Position numbers and translations under genes: made by a program. Positions 1 to 13,387 of a DNA stretch of 64,000 nt are shown piece after piece; the stretch's first letter is position 1; each line of letters opens with the position of its first letter. The notes under the pieces are model-generated. The model was not told where the DNA came from. It saw only the letters and a program-made list of their open reading frames with translations, and did not search any database. Source of the stretch: Podarcis vaucheri (Eukaryota); NCBI GenBank assembly GCA_965113315.1, contig OZ220371.1; one strand, written 5' to 3'.

Positions 1-3000
1 TACCTCCGCCTGTGCTGCTCACCCCGTCACCTCCACCACTGACAGAGAATTGGCGCAGGCATCAGTGCCAATTTCCAGTGTGATTGTGCCAATTTCCAGC
101 AAGATTTGCCCAAAATCAATGACGCTTCTCTGCCAGTAGTGGGGCAGGCACAGTGCTGATTTTGGGGCTTCTGCCACCTGAGGCAGAGGCCTCACCCCAC
201 CTAATGGCTGTGCTGGCCCTGCTAGGAGTTGCAGTTTGTTAAAGGTGTTTAGACTTGCTGGGAGGCTCTGACTACCCTCCCAGAGTTGCAATTTTCAGAG
301 TGCTTAGCAATCAGTCCCTCTTCACAGGGAACTCTTATAGCTCTGGGAGGGGAATAGGGGTCTCCTAACAATTCTCAGCACCCTTAACAAACCACAGCTC
401 CCATAATTCTTTGGGGGAAGGCATGCCTATTAAATGGATATAATGCAGCTTTAAAAGTACAGTGCAGATGTGGTCTGAATGTTGATTAACAATCCAGGGA
501 AATAAATCAAGATGTGAGGCGGGGAAGGGTGAGGGAAGAGCATGTGGTTATGGCATTTGTCTACAGTTTATCTAGCCTTGGAGCCATGGGCTTGGAGGAT
601 CATTCAAGCATGGGCAGTGTTTTGATAACTGAAGGCTATATTTCAATTAATTCTTTTGATGGAGAAATTTCAATCTGTACTGTTTCATGGCAATCATCCT
701 ACTTCTTTGTAGTGGTTTAACAATGCCCAGGAAAAAATGTATTTTCCAGTTTTACCCAGACATTTGGATTATGCATTGAGTGAAAGTGGTCAGGAATCAA
801 CTCCAGTAAAAATCAGTTGTCTGGCAACCTTAGCTGCTTATCATGATTGTTAAATCATTAGGAACATAGAAATAGCATAATACTCATGCCATAAATACAG
901 GAGTCTGGAGATGCTGGGCTTCTAATGCAGCTCCTCAACTCCATTAATTTTCTTTAACAAGACAAACAATACATTAATTTAAGCCTAAGGAAGAGCATGC
1001 ACTGCCTTCTGCATCATGGCTATGTTTGAGAATGCTGTTACAAGGGCATTCCCTAGTCATGAAAAGAAACATTTCTTAAAATATTTATTTACTCTCAAAC
1101 ACACATTCTGGAGATACTCTTAAGAGGACGACAGTTTGCATCTTTACATTTATTGCCTTGCCTTTTCTGTTAAAAGGTGTGCTAGCAGAAAAGAAACAAA
1201 TATTGCTCTCTACCACATTCCTTTTCCTTTCTGTCTATTTATTGTGGGAAGCCAAGGCCATCTCAGTAATCTCTGTTCACCGTTGTGCTCAAGGCTGTCT
1301 GTAGGTTGTCTACCTGGGATTTAGGAAGGTATTACAGTATTCTACACACAAGATTGCTGTGTTAACATCATCTGTGCTCTCTGTGCTGAACTTTGGCTAC
1401 AGGATTAAACTTACACAGGGGTTGCTAGCAAACATGGTTGGTTTAAGAGGGCTACATGCAGGGTCCAAGCAGGGCTCTAAAACACAAGCCTTGGGAAAGA
1501 AGAGTCTAAAGGTTGTGTCTGAATACAATACAATTAGGGCTGCCAGTGCTGTAGATGTTTCTTTTGTCTTGGCAAGGCTACTGTACTTTCAGCAGTTTCC
1601 TGACAAGCAAACATCCAAAAGGCAAACCTTTTCCTCATTATTGCATCTTTGTGCCAAGCAAAGCCGCATTTCTGTGTGCTATTCCACTGCTGAATGCCTA
1701 GCAAATACCCTCAGAAGCCCTACCTACTTACAAGCAGGTCAGAAGCTTGTATGAGAGTTGCTTTGAATGAACAAGTAGGTACAGCAGCTGTTTATTTATT
1801 TAACCTATTGTGGAGGTGAGGCATTTGGATTCATCTTGCTTCAAAGCTCTTTGCGATATAGGAGTTTCAGAAGTCCAAAGTTCAGAAATGGTAATGAGAA
1901 ATATGGAAGTACAGTGGGAAGAACCCAGTACTTATTGACATTATCTCTATAGGTATTCCCAATATCAGTTTCTTGTTGTTCCTTGTTTTACTGATTCGTT
2001 CCCAGCTTCAAAACTGCATGTTAAAACTGCCTGAAAATTATTTTAAAAGAGATATATTTTCTCAAAATACTTCTACTGTCCCTAATTCCAGGAATGGAAA
2101 GGCGGGCAGTTTCCTAAACAGCAACATAACACACTTTACAAAAGCAAGTAATATATGGTTTTAAAGGGTCAGCAATACCTAGTTGGTTCTTGTAGGTTTC
2201 CTCCCTCTCCACTGTCTGCCTCTCTTAACAAAGAAATACCAGAACGTTATAATTTAGCTAGCTTTACTTTTATTCTTAGAAGGCTGTTTGTACAAATGAC
2301 AGAACTATCAATTTGTACAAGCTACTAGGATAAAAGAAAGTGTGGTTACTGGAAGTGAACCCTAATAAGCAAAGAAGCAAATATTGCCAAATTCATCTAA
2401 CATCATTCATTAAAGAAGTATCTACTTGGCAAGTTATAAGCAGCAGCCTTCTTTAGTTCCTATTCCAGTTCCACCGTTGGCCACCATGTACAATATGATC
2501 TTATTCACAATTACTCCAACTATGTTCAATGGGACTTATTTCCCATGAAGCGTACATTGGGTTACAACCAAGGGACTTTAAAATTGGCCTAAAGTTAAAG
2601 TTCAGTGACTTCATTTCCCTCACTCTTATTTCCATCAACCACCTTAAAGTATGCGAAAAGAGTAGGCTTCACAGTTGGGACTAAAATGTCACAAGATGTT
2701 ACGGTGCAAAAGAAATATGAATTATTTGTTCTACATCAAAGTTATTATCAGCATCTTTAATATCTCACAATTCCACTTGTAGTCTGTGGGCACAATCCAT
2801 TCATCTTCTGCCTCCTATTGCCTGAGGACGTTTTCTGCTGCTGACTCCCTCCTCACAACCGCCCATTCCTGCAAACTGATAGCCCACCTGTGTGTGGAGA
2901 GTGGCATTCATGGAACAGCTGCGCACTGCTAATTGTGTGCAAAAGAACCCAACAGATTTGAATCTTATGTGTTTTGTTCTTATCTTAATGAGCAGAGCAA

Positions 3001-5000
3001 ATGTGAGACCCTTCAAAGATGTTTTCACAAGCTCATTGTTTATGAAAAATCTGTATTTGAAAGATACGATAAATCATTTATGCACAAATATTTCTAGGAT
3101 TTGTAAAGCATTCTGAGAAAGAACCAGGAGTTAACAGACATGCTCTGAACAGCTAAATGTGAAAAATATAAGCAGGCTTTAACAGAAAGTTGAAGATGAC
3201 TCACCTGTCTTTGCTTTTGATTTGGAAACAGCTAGCCCAGCTACATATTATTTTAACAGTGGTCATCCTGGACTTCAGCTGAACATGAGAGAACTTCTTA
3301 GCGGTATTTATATTAGATTTCTGTAATGGGATTACTACCAAAACTATCTTTCTGATTATCAAATTATGCTAGCAGACTACATGGGATCTCATTGGTTCTG
3401 AGGATACGCAAAACTTTGATCTAATTTTTTCCTATTGTTGTGCCAGAACTATATTTAAATGCCCCACCTGAGACTAGCAATTTTAATAGGCAATGTTCCG
3501 TTGGCCTCCCTGTGAGCAAGATAATCTTATATTCCCAAGCCTTGTGTAGAGGTTACTATTTTTAAGAGGAACAAGCATGTCCAACTTTGCACCACTGCAA
3601 ATTCAAGAAGGAGCAGAGATATGAAACTAGTTGTTGTGACTCATAAAGAAAACAAAGGTAGAAACAAAGCAAAATAGACAGAAGATTTTACAGGGTCTTT
3701 CCAAGTACGTATATTATTTGGGATTTCCATACAAAGATCAAATAGTAACCACCACCCCAAATCTCCTACTCTGCCAACTAACCCCTATCACAGCAATAGG
3801 AAACTCTTGGAAAAATAGATGGGAACTCTCCTGTTTTGTGCAGGCAATAGCCATGGAGTGGACCTGAATGAAGACTGCCAACCACTGTGGAATGGCTGGA
3901 TGGAATATAGGGCCTGGCGGGGACCCAAGAGCCTCCACAGCGGCTGGGGAAGCAGCAACAACCAAAGAGAAAATGGCACAGCTCACAGTGGCGCTGTGGA
4001 GGTGCTGTGGTGAGCCATAACCACCGCTCACCCCGAAGTAAGTGGCCATTGCTGCAGCAGATCCCATAACCATCTGCCAATCTAATGGCAAGAAGGATAA
4101 TGCATCAGTCCAAGACCGCTTTTGGAGGCAGAAGATGATGGCAGAAGATGAAAACTTCCTGCAAGATAGCTACAAGGCCTTGGGTTTAGCTAAGTCAGAG
4201 GAGGCATAATAACAGAGATATGGATTTAAAATCAAGATGAAAATATCCCTCTCACTTCCAGCATAAAGGCAGCTTGTAGTCTGGGTATAGTCCAGCTAAA
4301 GTCAAGTGTCTTAGGCTATGCTTGGTTTGCCACAGGGACATTTAAATCTCCTGATGAAGTGGATTCCATCACTTCTTATTGTCTCAGTCTTTCTGTCCTC
4401 TGCCCATCACCTTTCCCAGTCATAAGGCACACCTGGAGATCTGCATGCCACAGCAAGTGGGCACATGCCAGGACCAGGGAATTAGCTGGTTGGTGCAGCT
4501 GCCTGCTGCTGTTCTGAAAGGTCTTGGGCTGGTGTCTGGAATAAGGGATGGCAACGGTCAGTGTTTTGCACACAGTCAATGCTTTACCCTGGCATTTGAC
4601 ATTATCTGTCTGTCTGTTTGTCTATCTATCCCTATTCTCTTGACTGCAGTTTTAAACTGATTTTAATATTGTATTTATAAATTGCTGTAACCCGTCCTGG
4701 GAACTTATGAGTGGGTAAGAAATCGTTCCCATGGAACTTTGGGTGGATTGTGGACAAATACACAATTCATAGCAACATATTTAAAAATCCAATGAATAAA
4801 CAGACGATGATTTCTACTACATAGTTTCTTATAATGGCCTAAATCAATGGACAATTGTACAGAGTCTACTTCCCTGCTTCTGCTGCTCCTCTTTAGGCAT
4901 AATGCTGTTATTACTATGTCAGCTGCTGGCTGTTACAGTGAACTATTAACACTTATGCAGAGTTAAACTAAATTCAAATTTCTTATTTTGAAAGAGGAGT

Positions 5001-5055
<55 letters not shown>

Positions 5056-5057
5056 AG
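5001..5057. repeat. (GAAA)n microsatellite
   Basis: Uninterrupted agaaagaaag... tetranucleotide run. Confidence 0.97.
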
Positions 5058-5059
5058 AT

Positions 5060-5940
5060 TTCTTTGCAAAAACAGTATCATTTATTTTTCCTGCATTTTT
5101 CCTCCTTAAGACTTTTGTGTGACCTTTTGAACTGGGCGAAGCACTATGGCTTCATCTTCTAGTTATTTACATGAAGAACTCAAATGCCTTCATAAACATA
5201 ATCCTGTTTGCTAATTGCATCACCCATTCTGACCTCTTCCTACTTTTCTTGTAAATTGTTTATTTTTGTTCATTCCATTTGCCATTTAGAGATTCTACCT
5301 ACGCATATCGGTTTAGTGCTTAATCTTACCTCTTGATTCGCATCATCTTGCTGAGATATCAGAGACAGATCCTTCTTCTGCATACTTTGGGATTTTTTAT
5401 TGTTTGCATTAACATCCGTAGTTTGTCAGTCATGCAGCTGGGGTACACTCAGTCTTTCGTAAGCTCTTCTATGCTTCTGCAACGCGGGGGTTTCTTTTTA
5501 ATCAGCATATGGTCTGTAATATGGAGATTGTTTTGAATGTGATGTCATGGGAAAAAGTGTTAGTTGAGTCAATGTGGAAATTTGCCCAGATACTTTTAAG
5601 TTGCTCCTTCCTTGCACATACTGTCATCTGTTTGAGACCGTCCTGTTGCTTCCCAGTGGCTCCCCATCCTCACCCAGGATCACTTTCCAGTCCAAATATA
5701 GCACTAGTGGAGCAAATAATCCCCAAAAATGATTGTTTGTACAAAGCGCTTGGCAATCCAACCAAAATCCTTTCCAAATCCGAACCAAATGTGTCAGTGA
5801 GTATGAAACAGTTCTGTAGGATGCTTCTAAATGCCTCAATTTTATTTTTACAATATTGTGCCAATGGGATGATTTGTCATTGGTTGTTGAAAATTGTTGA
5901 GATGATTCAGTGCCGTTGTCAAGAGCTATAAACTGGAAGT
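5060..5940 (-). mobile_element. Highly degraded L1/Tx1-like LINE 3' fragment (tentative)
   Basis: Minus-strand peptide YCKNKIEAFRSILQNCFILTDTFGSDLERIL resembles the C-terminal CCHC/FW region of L1-clade ORF2. Multiple stops follow, then AATAAA next to the microsatellite. Confidence 0.35.
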
Positions 5941-6384
5941 TCACATTTTAATCTCAGCTCATATGTAAATCTACCGAATGGCTTGAGGTAAATCATGTTT
6001 GTCTCATAAGTTATCACAAGATGGAAGATAGCTATACCCTTCAGGGGAGTGGTTGTAAAGAATACATAATGTATGTGAAGTGCTTTCAGCAGGAAAGTAA
6101 AGTGTGATATAAATACCATGTTCTGTTTATATTTTAATATGCATTCATTCACATATTACTTACTTTATACTACAAGGAATGGGTATCATTGGATAAAAAA
6201 GCCTATTAAGATTTCAACATAGCCACCATGGTAGAAAAATGTTAAACATCCATGTAGGTTTAAATTCTTGTTTCTTTCCAAACTTTCTGAATGGATGCAT
6301 GTAGCAGGTCAGCAGTGGAGACTGCCACCTTCCCACCCTTCTCTCCATGTGCATTAATTGAGTGTCTGAAAGATCATAGGAAGA

Positions 6385-6620
6385 GCTGTGCTGGATGAGA
6401 CCAAAGTCTTATGGGAGGCAGCATCCTGTTTCCCATAAGGACCAAACTGATACCAATAGGAAGCCCATAAGAAGAACATAAAAACAATGGCCCTCTCTTC
6501 TTGTTGCCCAGTATTCACTCTGCCATTGATCCTGGAGTATAGTATACAGACATTAAGATGAGTAGCCCTTGATAGACCTATTCTTCCTAAATAGGCCCAA
6601 TCCCCCTTTAAAGTCTTGGC
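6385..6620 (-). mobile_element. CR1 LINE 3' remnant
   Basis: cataggaagagctgtgctggatgagaccaaag...gcatcctgtttcc matches the squamate CR1 3' end; same motif at 11527. Confidence 0.55.
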
Positions 6621-6765
6621 TGTGAGGTCTGGAAGACCTGCTCCCTGCCTTGCTGGCCTTTTCCCACCTGGCTTGGGAGGACTGGGCCCTGGCTGACTGA
6701 CTCTGACTACAGAAGCTGAGACTGCTGAACTGACCCTTGGGTTGGGGTATTGTTTAGGTGGGAAT

Positions 6766-6780
6766 GTTGTGTGTGTATGT

Positions 6781-6812
<32 letters not shown>
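6766..6812. repeat. (TG)n/(CA)n microsatellite
   Basis: Dinucleotide run seen directly. Confidence 0.95.
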
Positions 6813-6816
<4 letters not shown>

Positions 6817-7118
6817 CCATTATGGTTGTGTACTTTTCAATGTGCTTTATTTGTTGTGTGTGACTACTTTTGTTACATTTGTAATTACTTAAATCTTTTC
6901 ATGTTGTAATGCTGCCTTGAGCATGGTGTTAAGTATGGAAATAAGACATACAAATTAAATGATAATGGTGATAAGAAAGGAACTGTTTCTTCAGTTCCCT
7001 CCTCTTCCCGAGGTTAGGCTTTATAGATGACCTCCTGGAAAGTGGAAACTCACATGCCAATAAGGGGAAGATGATTGCTGCAATTTTCTGATACTTGAGA
7101 AGCTAAGGAAGATAATAC

Positions 7119-7317
7119 TGGTGGGCTCCATCACCCTCATAAATAAATTTGTGAAGATGAGAGGTGCTATGTGCACCTGTGAGATCCATAGTTCTGGAAT
7201 ATCCGTCCCAAAAATGAGTTGGTGATTCTACCACCCTCATAAGTACATTTGTGGAGTTTAGGAGTACTGTGTGCCCTTATGAGTCCCATAGTTCTGGAAT
7301 ATCCTTCCCCAAAACTG
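7119..7317. repeat. Diverged tandem duplication, 100-bp period, about 2 copies
   Basis: caccctcataa at 7132 and 7232; gttctggaatatcc at 7191 and 7291. Confidence 0.85.
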
Positions 7318-8074
7318 TCGCTGGACATAGTTAACTTTGATTATGCTATGTAAGATGACCTTGGTTTTCAGTCAGTCAGTTGAGGGAGGGCTAACCCAAC
7401 ATGGAGAGACTGTGCTGTCGTCTCTCATTTTTATGTCTGTCAGGAATAGTGAGATGTTATGTAACACTGGAGAGGGAGGGGGAGCTGGGAAACTGCAGTC
7501 AGCACTTCGTTTTATTTGGCTTCATGAGAACCGCTGAAGGCTGCAGAAGCATAAATGATAAAGCAGACTGCAGGGCAGTGGCCTTAGAAAGGCCTATTTC
7601 CCTTTGAACACAGAAGAAAGCTCAGGTCAATAAAACATCACCCAATGCCTAATGGGACAGGGAAGGAAACCCACCCAGATTTAAATATTAATCAAAATAA
7701 CACCATCCCTCCAAGAAAGCAAATGTATGTCACAAGATAGATCAAAGTCAGTGTGAACAGCAGCAGAGGAATTTGGGCAGATCTCTTCCTTTATTATTCC
7801 CACTCGCTAGATCCAGAATGGCTTTGCAAGAGCTCTACCTCATTATTCACTGAAAATGCAGGTTCCCAAGCGTTAGTCAAAATATAGGCAAATGCAATGA
7901 GTGGCAGAATGGTGCCAAAGCCTCTGTTGTTCATTCCTGGGAGCTGGGAAGGTTTAAAAATCCCTTTGGTTGTGCCTAAGTTGAGGTGGTACTGCTTCCC
8001 CTCTCAAGTCCTTGCTCAGTTCAGAAATATGGCCCATTTCTAAAATTAATTATTGACTAGAGCTTTGGGTGGTA

Positions 8075-8431
8075 GGGACGCGGGTGGCGCTGTGGGTAAA
8101 ACCTCAGCGCCTAGGACTTGCCGATCGCATGGTCAGCGGTTCGAATCTCCGTGGCGGGGTGTGCTCCCGTTGCTCTGTCCCAGCGCCTGCCAACCTAGCA
8201 GTTCAAAAGCACCCTCAGGTGCAAGTAGATAAATAGGGACCGCTTACTAGCGGGAAGGTAAACGGTGTTTCCGTGTGCTGCGCTGCCTCGCCAGAGCAGC
8301 TTCGTCACGCTGGCCACGTGACCCGGAAGGGTCTGCGGACAGCGCTGGCTCCCGGCCTCTAGAGTGCGATGAGGGCACAACCCTAGAGTCTGTCAAGACT
8401 GGCCCGTACGGGCAGGGGTACCTTTACCTTT
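8075..8431 (+). mobile_element. Sauria SINE (Squam1-type), full length
   Basis: tRNA-like head gggacgcgggtggcgctgtgg...ggttcgaatc, (ACCTTT)n tail, 13-bp TSD TAGAGCTTTGGGT at 8058-8070 and 8432-8444. Confidence 0.93.
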
Positions 8432-9191
8432 TAGAGCTTTGGGTATTTTTGTTCACTCTGTCTATCGTCCACTGAAATTATTTGAGTTTGTGGCCTTGTG
8501 CAACTCCTAACTAAGCAAGAAACATTTGAAGAGGATTGTATTTTAAGGAAGCATGCAGCAAGTCTCCCCACATTTTATTCCCAATAAAAAGTGAGATGGT
8601 GGTATAGCTTGGCCAGAACTGGATACATAAAAAAACAACAACAAGGGTTGCAATCCTACATGCTACCACTCACATTCAATTCACACGGATGTCAGCAGGA
8701 CTTTGAGGTTTATGTGCCCAAATTGCTAGCTTGCCCCAAAATGCTGGTGTGTTATAACAGTTGCACAATCACTGACAGAAACACTACTGATCTGGACCAT
8801 GACAATCCTAGCAGTTGTCACTTCACTAATTAAAGCTATGTTAACTGGAAAAGATAGAGAAGCGGAAAACAACCCCCCTCACCAAGACACCTGAGTCAGC
8901 CAACATTGCTCCAATCCAGTGATGAAATAAAGTGAGGCCGTTGAAAACAAAAGCCTGTTCAAGAGGCAATCAGCCCTACATCCACAGTGGCTAGCTGAAA
9001 GTGAAGGCTTCAAACTTCCCCCAAAGTGCTACAAATATTCAGGAATGTTGTTGTTGTTGTTTTAAAAAGAAATGCTTGAATTGGATGTTCAAATTCCACT
9101 GAGCACCCGGGCACTTTCCAGCTTGTGTCATTTATACTGTTGTCTCCTGTGAAGGAGGAAACAGCTTGCAATGTGCAAATGAGTGTGGCTG

Positions 9192-9702
9192 TGCGGCGAT
9201 CACACAGGGTCCCTGGACGTTTCACTGTCTATTGATCCCTGGGCCACCACTTTATTTCTCACTGCCACCACCCAGGCCCTGCCTGGTAAAATACTGAATC
9301 CAGTCAGGGTTAAATTGGAACATAACGTCTGTTTATTTATTGCAGTTTAACAAGCCTGTGGTTTCATAAACAGTCTCAGTCAATTACAGTCATGGGATGC
9401 CTATCCAGACCTATAACTTCCGCTACTTGCTCTCACTCACGAAACCACCTCTCAGATATTTACTTGTCTTCCTAGCTCCTAACTGTTCCTGATTCAGCTT
9501 ATTTCGCTACACTAACTCAGCCTACCCACAGACTCTATCTCAATTCACTCCCACTCCAACCAACCACCCAACTCCCAACAAACTCCTCCTTCGCCCCACC
9601 CAGAACTGGTTTTATAGTCCCTCTGACTCCACCCCCTTGGGTCCTGATTGGGTAACCTGTTTAATTATTTCACCTCCAACACTCTCATATGTTAACGTCA
9701 CA
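9192..9702 (-). mobile_element. Solo LTR
   Basis: TG...CA termini (TGCGGCG/CGTCACA), 5-bp TSD GGCTG (9187-9191, 9703-9707). CCAAT, TATAAAA and AATAAA occur in LTR order on the minus strand. Related to 13388-13879. Confidence 0.82.
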
Positions 9703-11524
9703 GGCTGTGTGTCCTGTTTTACAAGACAGTTGTTTATTTAAAGGAGATTTCTGTTCCAAGACTTGTTTGTCCCACCAGAAAAGACCCCTTTTGAACCATA
9801 AGATACTTTTCTGTCTGGTTAGGTGCTCGCTGCTTGCAGCACTGCAATGGTTCAGTATCTGTGATCAAGGAGCACGCAGAGAACAACTTGGCCACACCCC
9901 TATGACCTGTTATTGGCCACACCCTTGGGAGACGCTAGCAGACCCACAAGGCCCAGTAGGCAGCAGCCACCACTGGGTGAGACGTGTTTTATTTCTATTT
10001 CAGTCTATTAGTATCTATAATATTTTATTATATTATACTTCAATTGCAGTAATTTATTGCATCTATACAAAATAGCTTAGCATATACTAATTATTTGCAC
10101 ACCTGTGCCCTGGGTGTTGCGTTTCCTCTCTTTTTTTCCTTCAATGTGTATATGTCGGACATGCATTAAGTTCAGTGTTCACAACCTCCTGGCTTAGCCC
10201 ACATTTTAAAAGTTTTCTTAACAGATGATGCAGGTTGGATAACTCAAGAGATCAGCCACAGCTCTAGTAGCACCATACAGCATGCTTCGGCAAATGCTCG
10301 AGTCTATGCCACCCCATTGGTGATACCTTCAAGCAGAGGTCACAGCTGCCTAAGCTGCCCCCCCCCATCCAAACACTTTATCAGCTGTGGTTGCCATCTT
10401 TATTTCCACAAAATGCAGTGAACTGGAAGTTCTGGTTCCAGTGCATTGTGGGTAAAAAAACACCCTATGGCCTCCACCATGATAAATAGGGGCTGCTTTT
10501 TTGCGATAACAGCCTTGTGTTTTTTTTAAAAAAACCATAATGCCCTGCAAATAAAACTTCCACCCTGCCAGATGCCAAACACTCGAAATCATGGAGCCAG
10601 CCTTGATCAGTGACGACTGGAAATTATGGGCATGGTTCAACTAAGTGATACTCTTGTACTTCTTGTTTTCCTTGCAGCACTCACTGATTGCTGATGTGGT
10701 GGACCACTTTTTCACGCAGAATGGCATCATCTCTCACAAAGGGAATTGCTGTAGGGAAAACAATGAGCAAAGCTGCGTATCAAGTTCTCTCCACTGAGCA
10801 CATTATGCTACACTGGTTCCTGTCCCATAAGTGCAACTATCAAAAAAAAGCCATACAATACGGCCGTACTCGGGTGTTTTTAGCTACGGTGTACAACATA
10901 GGAGCAAGGAGCCCTACCACTTATGTCTATGCATACAGCATGAACATCTGTAGGGAGAGGGTCATCACACATATGACTGCACATGCCAATGTTCTTCCGG
11001 GTTTGGGGTTTTAGATACCAGAGAAACCTTCACATACAACTATATGTGGAAGGCACTAATCCCTGCACATATTCCCGCTGCTATAAACATAGAAGATGGG
11101 GAGGGCAAGCATGCAGCCTTGGGGCAGGGCTACTCAGCGTGACCCTGTTCCTTGCTCCAGTGTTAAGGGGCATCTACGGTGACGCGTTTTAAAAATAAAA
11201 AATGAATTGGATTCCACCAGTTTAAAAAGTCCCCGTGCAAAAGCACAAGCCAGGAAACATCAGAAAGCCGCGGTATCATATTTCTAATCAGATTTGAAAG
11301 GCAAAGATGAAGGAATACGCTTGAGCCTAAACAGGACTCTTGACAGTTACTATAAGTCAAAGGCAGTTAGCATAATTTTGTGGATGGATAGCAGGTGGGA
11401 GCATAAATTCCAGTCCAGGGTACAGTACTGGCTTGGGTTACTTTCAGACTGAATCAACAGGCCAATTTTTGTTTCCCTTAATAAGCTAGCTATTCTTGGG
11501 GGTCAGCTTTAATGTGTCTCTTGC

Positions 11525-11660
11525 TAAGAACGTAAGATGAGCTTGCTGGATGAGGCCAATGGCCCATCTCCTCCAGCATCCCGTTCTCACAGCCGCCAAC
11601 CAGATGTTTATGGTAAGCCAGCAAGCAGGACATGAATGCAACAGCACTCTGCCCAGCTGT
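11525..11660 (-). mobile_element. CR1 3' remnant, left part (split by L2; continues at 12821-12960)
   Basis: aagaacgtaagatgagcttgctggatgaggccaatggcccatc CR1 tail motif; the CR1 sequence resumes after the L2. Confidence 0.7.
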
Positions 11661-12820
11661 AATAATAATAATAATAATAATAATAATTTATTATTTGTAC
11701 CCCGCCCATCTGGCTGGGTTTCCCCAGCCACTGTGGGCGGCTTCCACAGAAACCAAAAAAACATTAAAATATCATACATTAAAAGCTTCCCTGAATAGGG
11801 CCGCCTTAAGATGTTTTCTGAATGTCAGGTAGTTTTCCATCACCTTGACATCCGATGGGAGGGCATTCCACAGGGCGGGCGCCACCACCGAAAAGGCCCT
11901 CTGCCTGGTTCCCTGTAGCTTCGCTTCTCGCAATGAGGGAACCGCCAGAAGGCCCTCGGCGCTGGACCTCAGTGTCCGGGCAGAACGATGGGGGTGGAGA
12001 CGCTCCTTCAGGTATACTGGGCCGAAGCCGTTTAGGGCTTTAAAGGTCAACACCAACACTTTGAATTGTGCTCGGAAACGTACTGGGAGCCAATGTAGGT
12101 CTTTCAAGACCGGTGTTATGTGGTCTCGGCGGCCGCCCCCAGTCACCAGTCTAGCTGCCGCATTCTGGATTAGTTGTAGTTTCCGAGTCACCTTCAAAGG
12201 TAGCCCCACGTAGAGCGCATTGCAGTAGTCCAAGCGGGAGATAACTAGAGCATGCACCACTCTGGCCAGACAGTCAGCGGGCAGGTAGGGTCTCAGCCTG
12301 CGTACCAGGTGGAGTTGGTAGACAGCTGCCCTGGATACAGAATTGACCTGTGCCTCCATGGACAGCTGTGAGTCCAAAATGACTCCCAGGCTACGCACCT
12401 GGTCCTTCAGGGGCACAGTTACCCCATTCAGGACCAGGGAGTCCTCCACACCAGCCCGCCCCCTGTCCCCCAAAAACAGTACTTCTGTCTTGTCAGGATT
12501 CAACTTCAATCCATTAGCCGCCATCCATCCTCCAACCGCCTCCAGGCACTCACACAGGACCTTCACCGCCTTCACTGGTTCTGATTTGAAAGAAAGGTAG
12601 AGCTGGGTATCATCTGCATATTGATGGACACCCAGTCCAAACCCCCTGATGATCTCTCCCAGTGGCTTCATATAGATGTTAAAAAGCATGGGGGAGAGGA
12701 CGGAACCCTGAGGCACCCCACAAGTGAGGGCCCAAGGGTCTGAACACTCATCCCCCACCACCACTTTCTGAACACGGCCCAGGAGAAAGGAGCGAAACCA
12801 CTGTATAACAGTGCCCCCAG
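11661..12820 (-). mobile_element. L2-clade LINE, 5'-truncated, uninterrupted RT C-terminal frame
   Basis: ORF 11772-12899 contains GVPQGSVLSP, HQYADDTQLY, SRLDYCNALY and LHWLPV. (ATT)n tail; 7-bp TSD CAGCTGT at 11654-11660 and 12821-12827. Confidence 0.93.
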
Positions 12821-13387
12821 CAGCTGTCATTCCCAGCAGCTGCCATTCAGAGGCATAATTCTTCTGACCGTGGAGGCAAGACATAGCCTTGTCCTCCATT
12901 CATTTTTCTATTCCTCTTTTAAAGCCATACAAGCTGGTGGCCTTCACTGCGTCCTGTGGCCAAAAAAGGTGAGCGTTAGATTTGAGTAAATATGGTATAC
13001 CCATGGGGGGAAATAGGGGAAAAGGTTTTGCAAAAAATATGCTGATTAGGAAAAATTGCAGACACAAAAACATGCATGTTAGGATAAATTCACGCTAAAA
13101 TGGTGATGAATTTCATTGAGGATTTAAAAAAAATATATTAAAAAAGTTGCAAGCTGATTTTGAAATGATGAAAACTGAACCAAGTATTGGCAAATAAGAA
13201 AAACTGACATTGACAAATTTCCCACATCCTAGTGAATCTAGGTTTCCCCAAGCCATCATTTAACACTTCATGAACTGTTCATGAACACAGTCTTTTTGAT
13301 GAATCCTGTACAACAGGAGTACTTCTCACTGGATTGAGCTCCAAATCTGTCAAAATCCATCAACTCTTGTTTAATATACTGTCCCAT

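Noticed and set aside
3738-4130. Overlapping ORFs or a possible LINE C-terminal remnant (QPLWNGWMEY)
   Set aside because: No diagnostic motif, tail or TSD, so too weak to call.
8075-8160. tRNA gene
   Set aside because: The A/B-box-like motifs belong to the tRNA-derived head of a Sauria SINE with tail and TSD.
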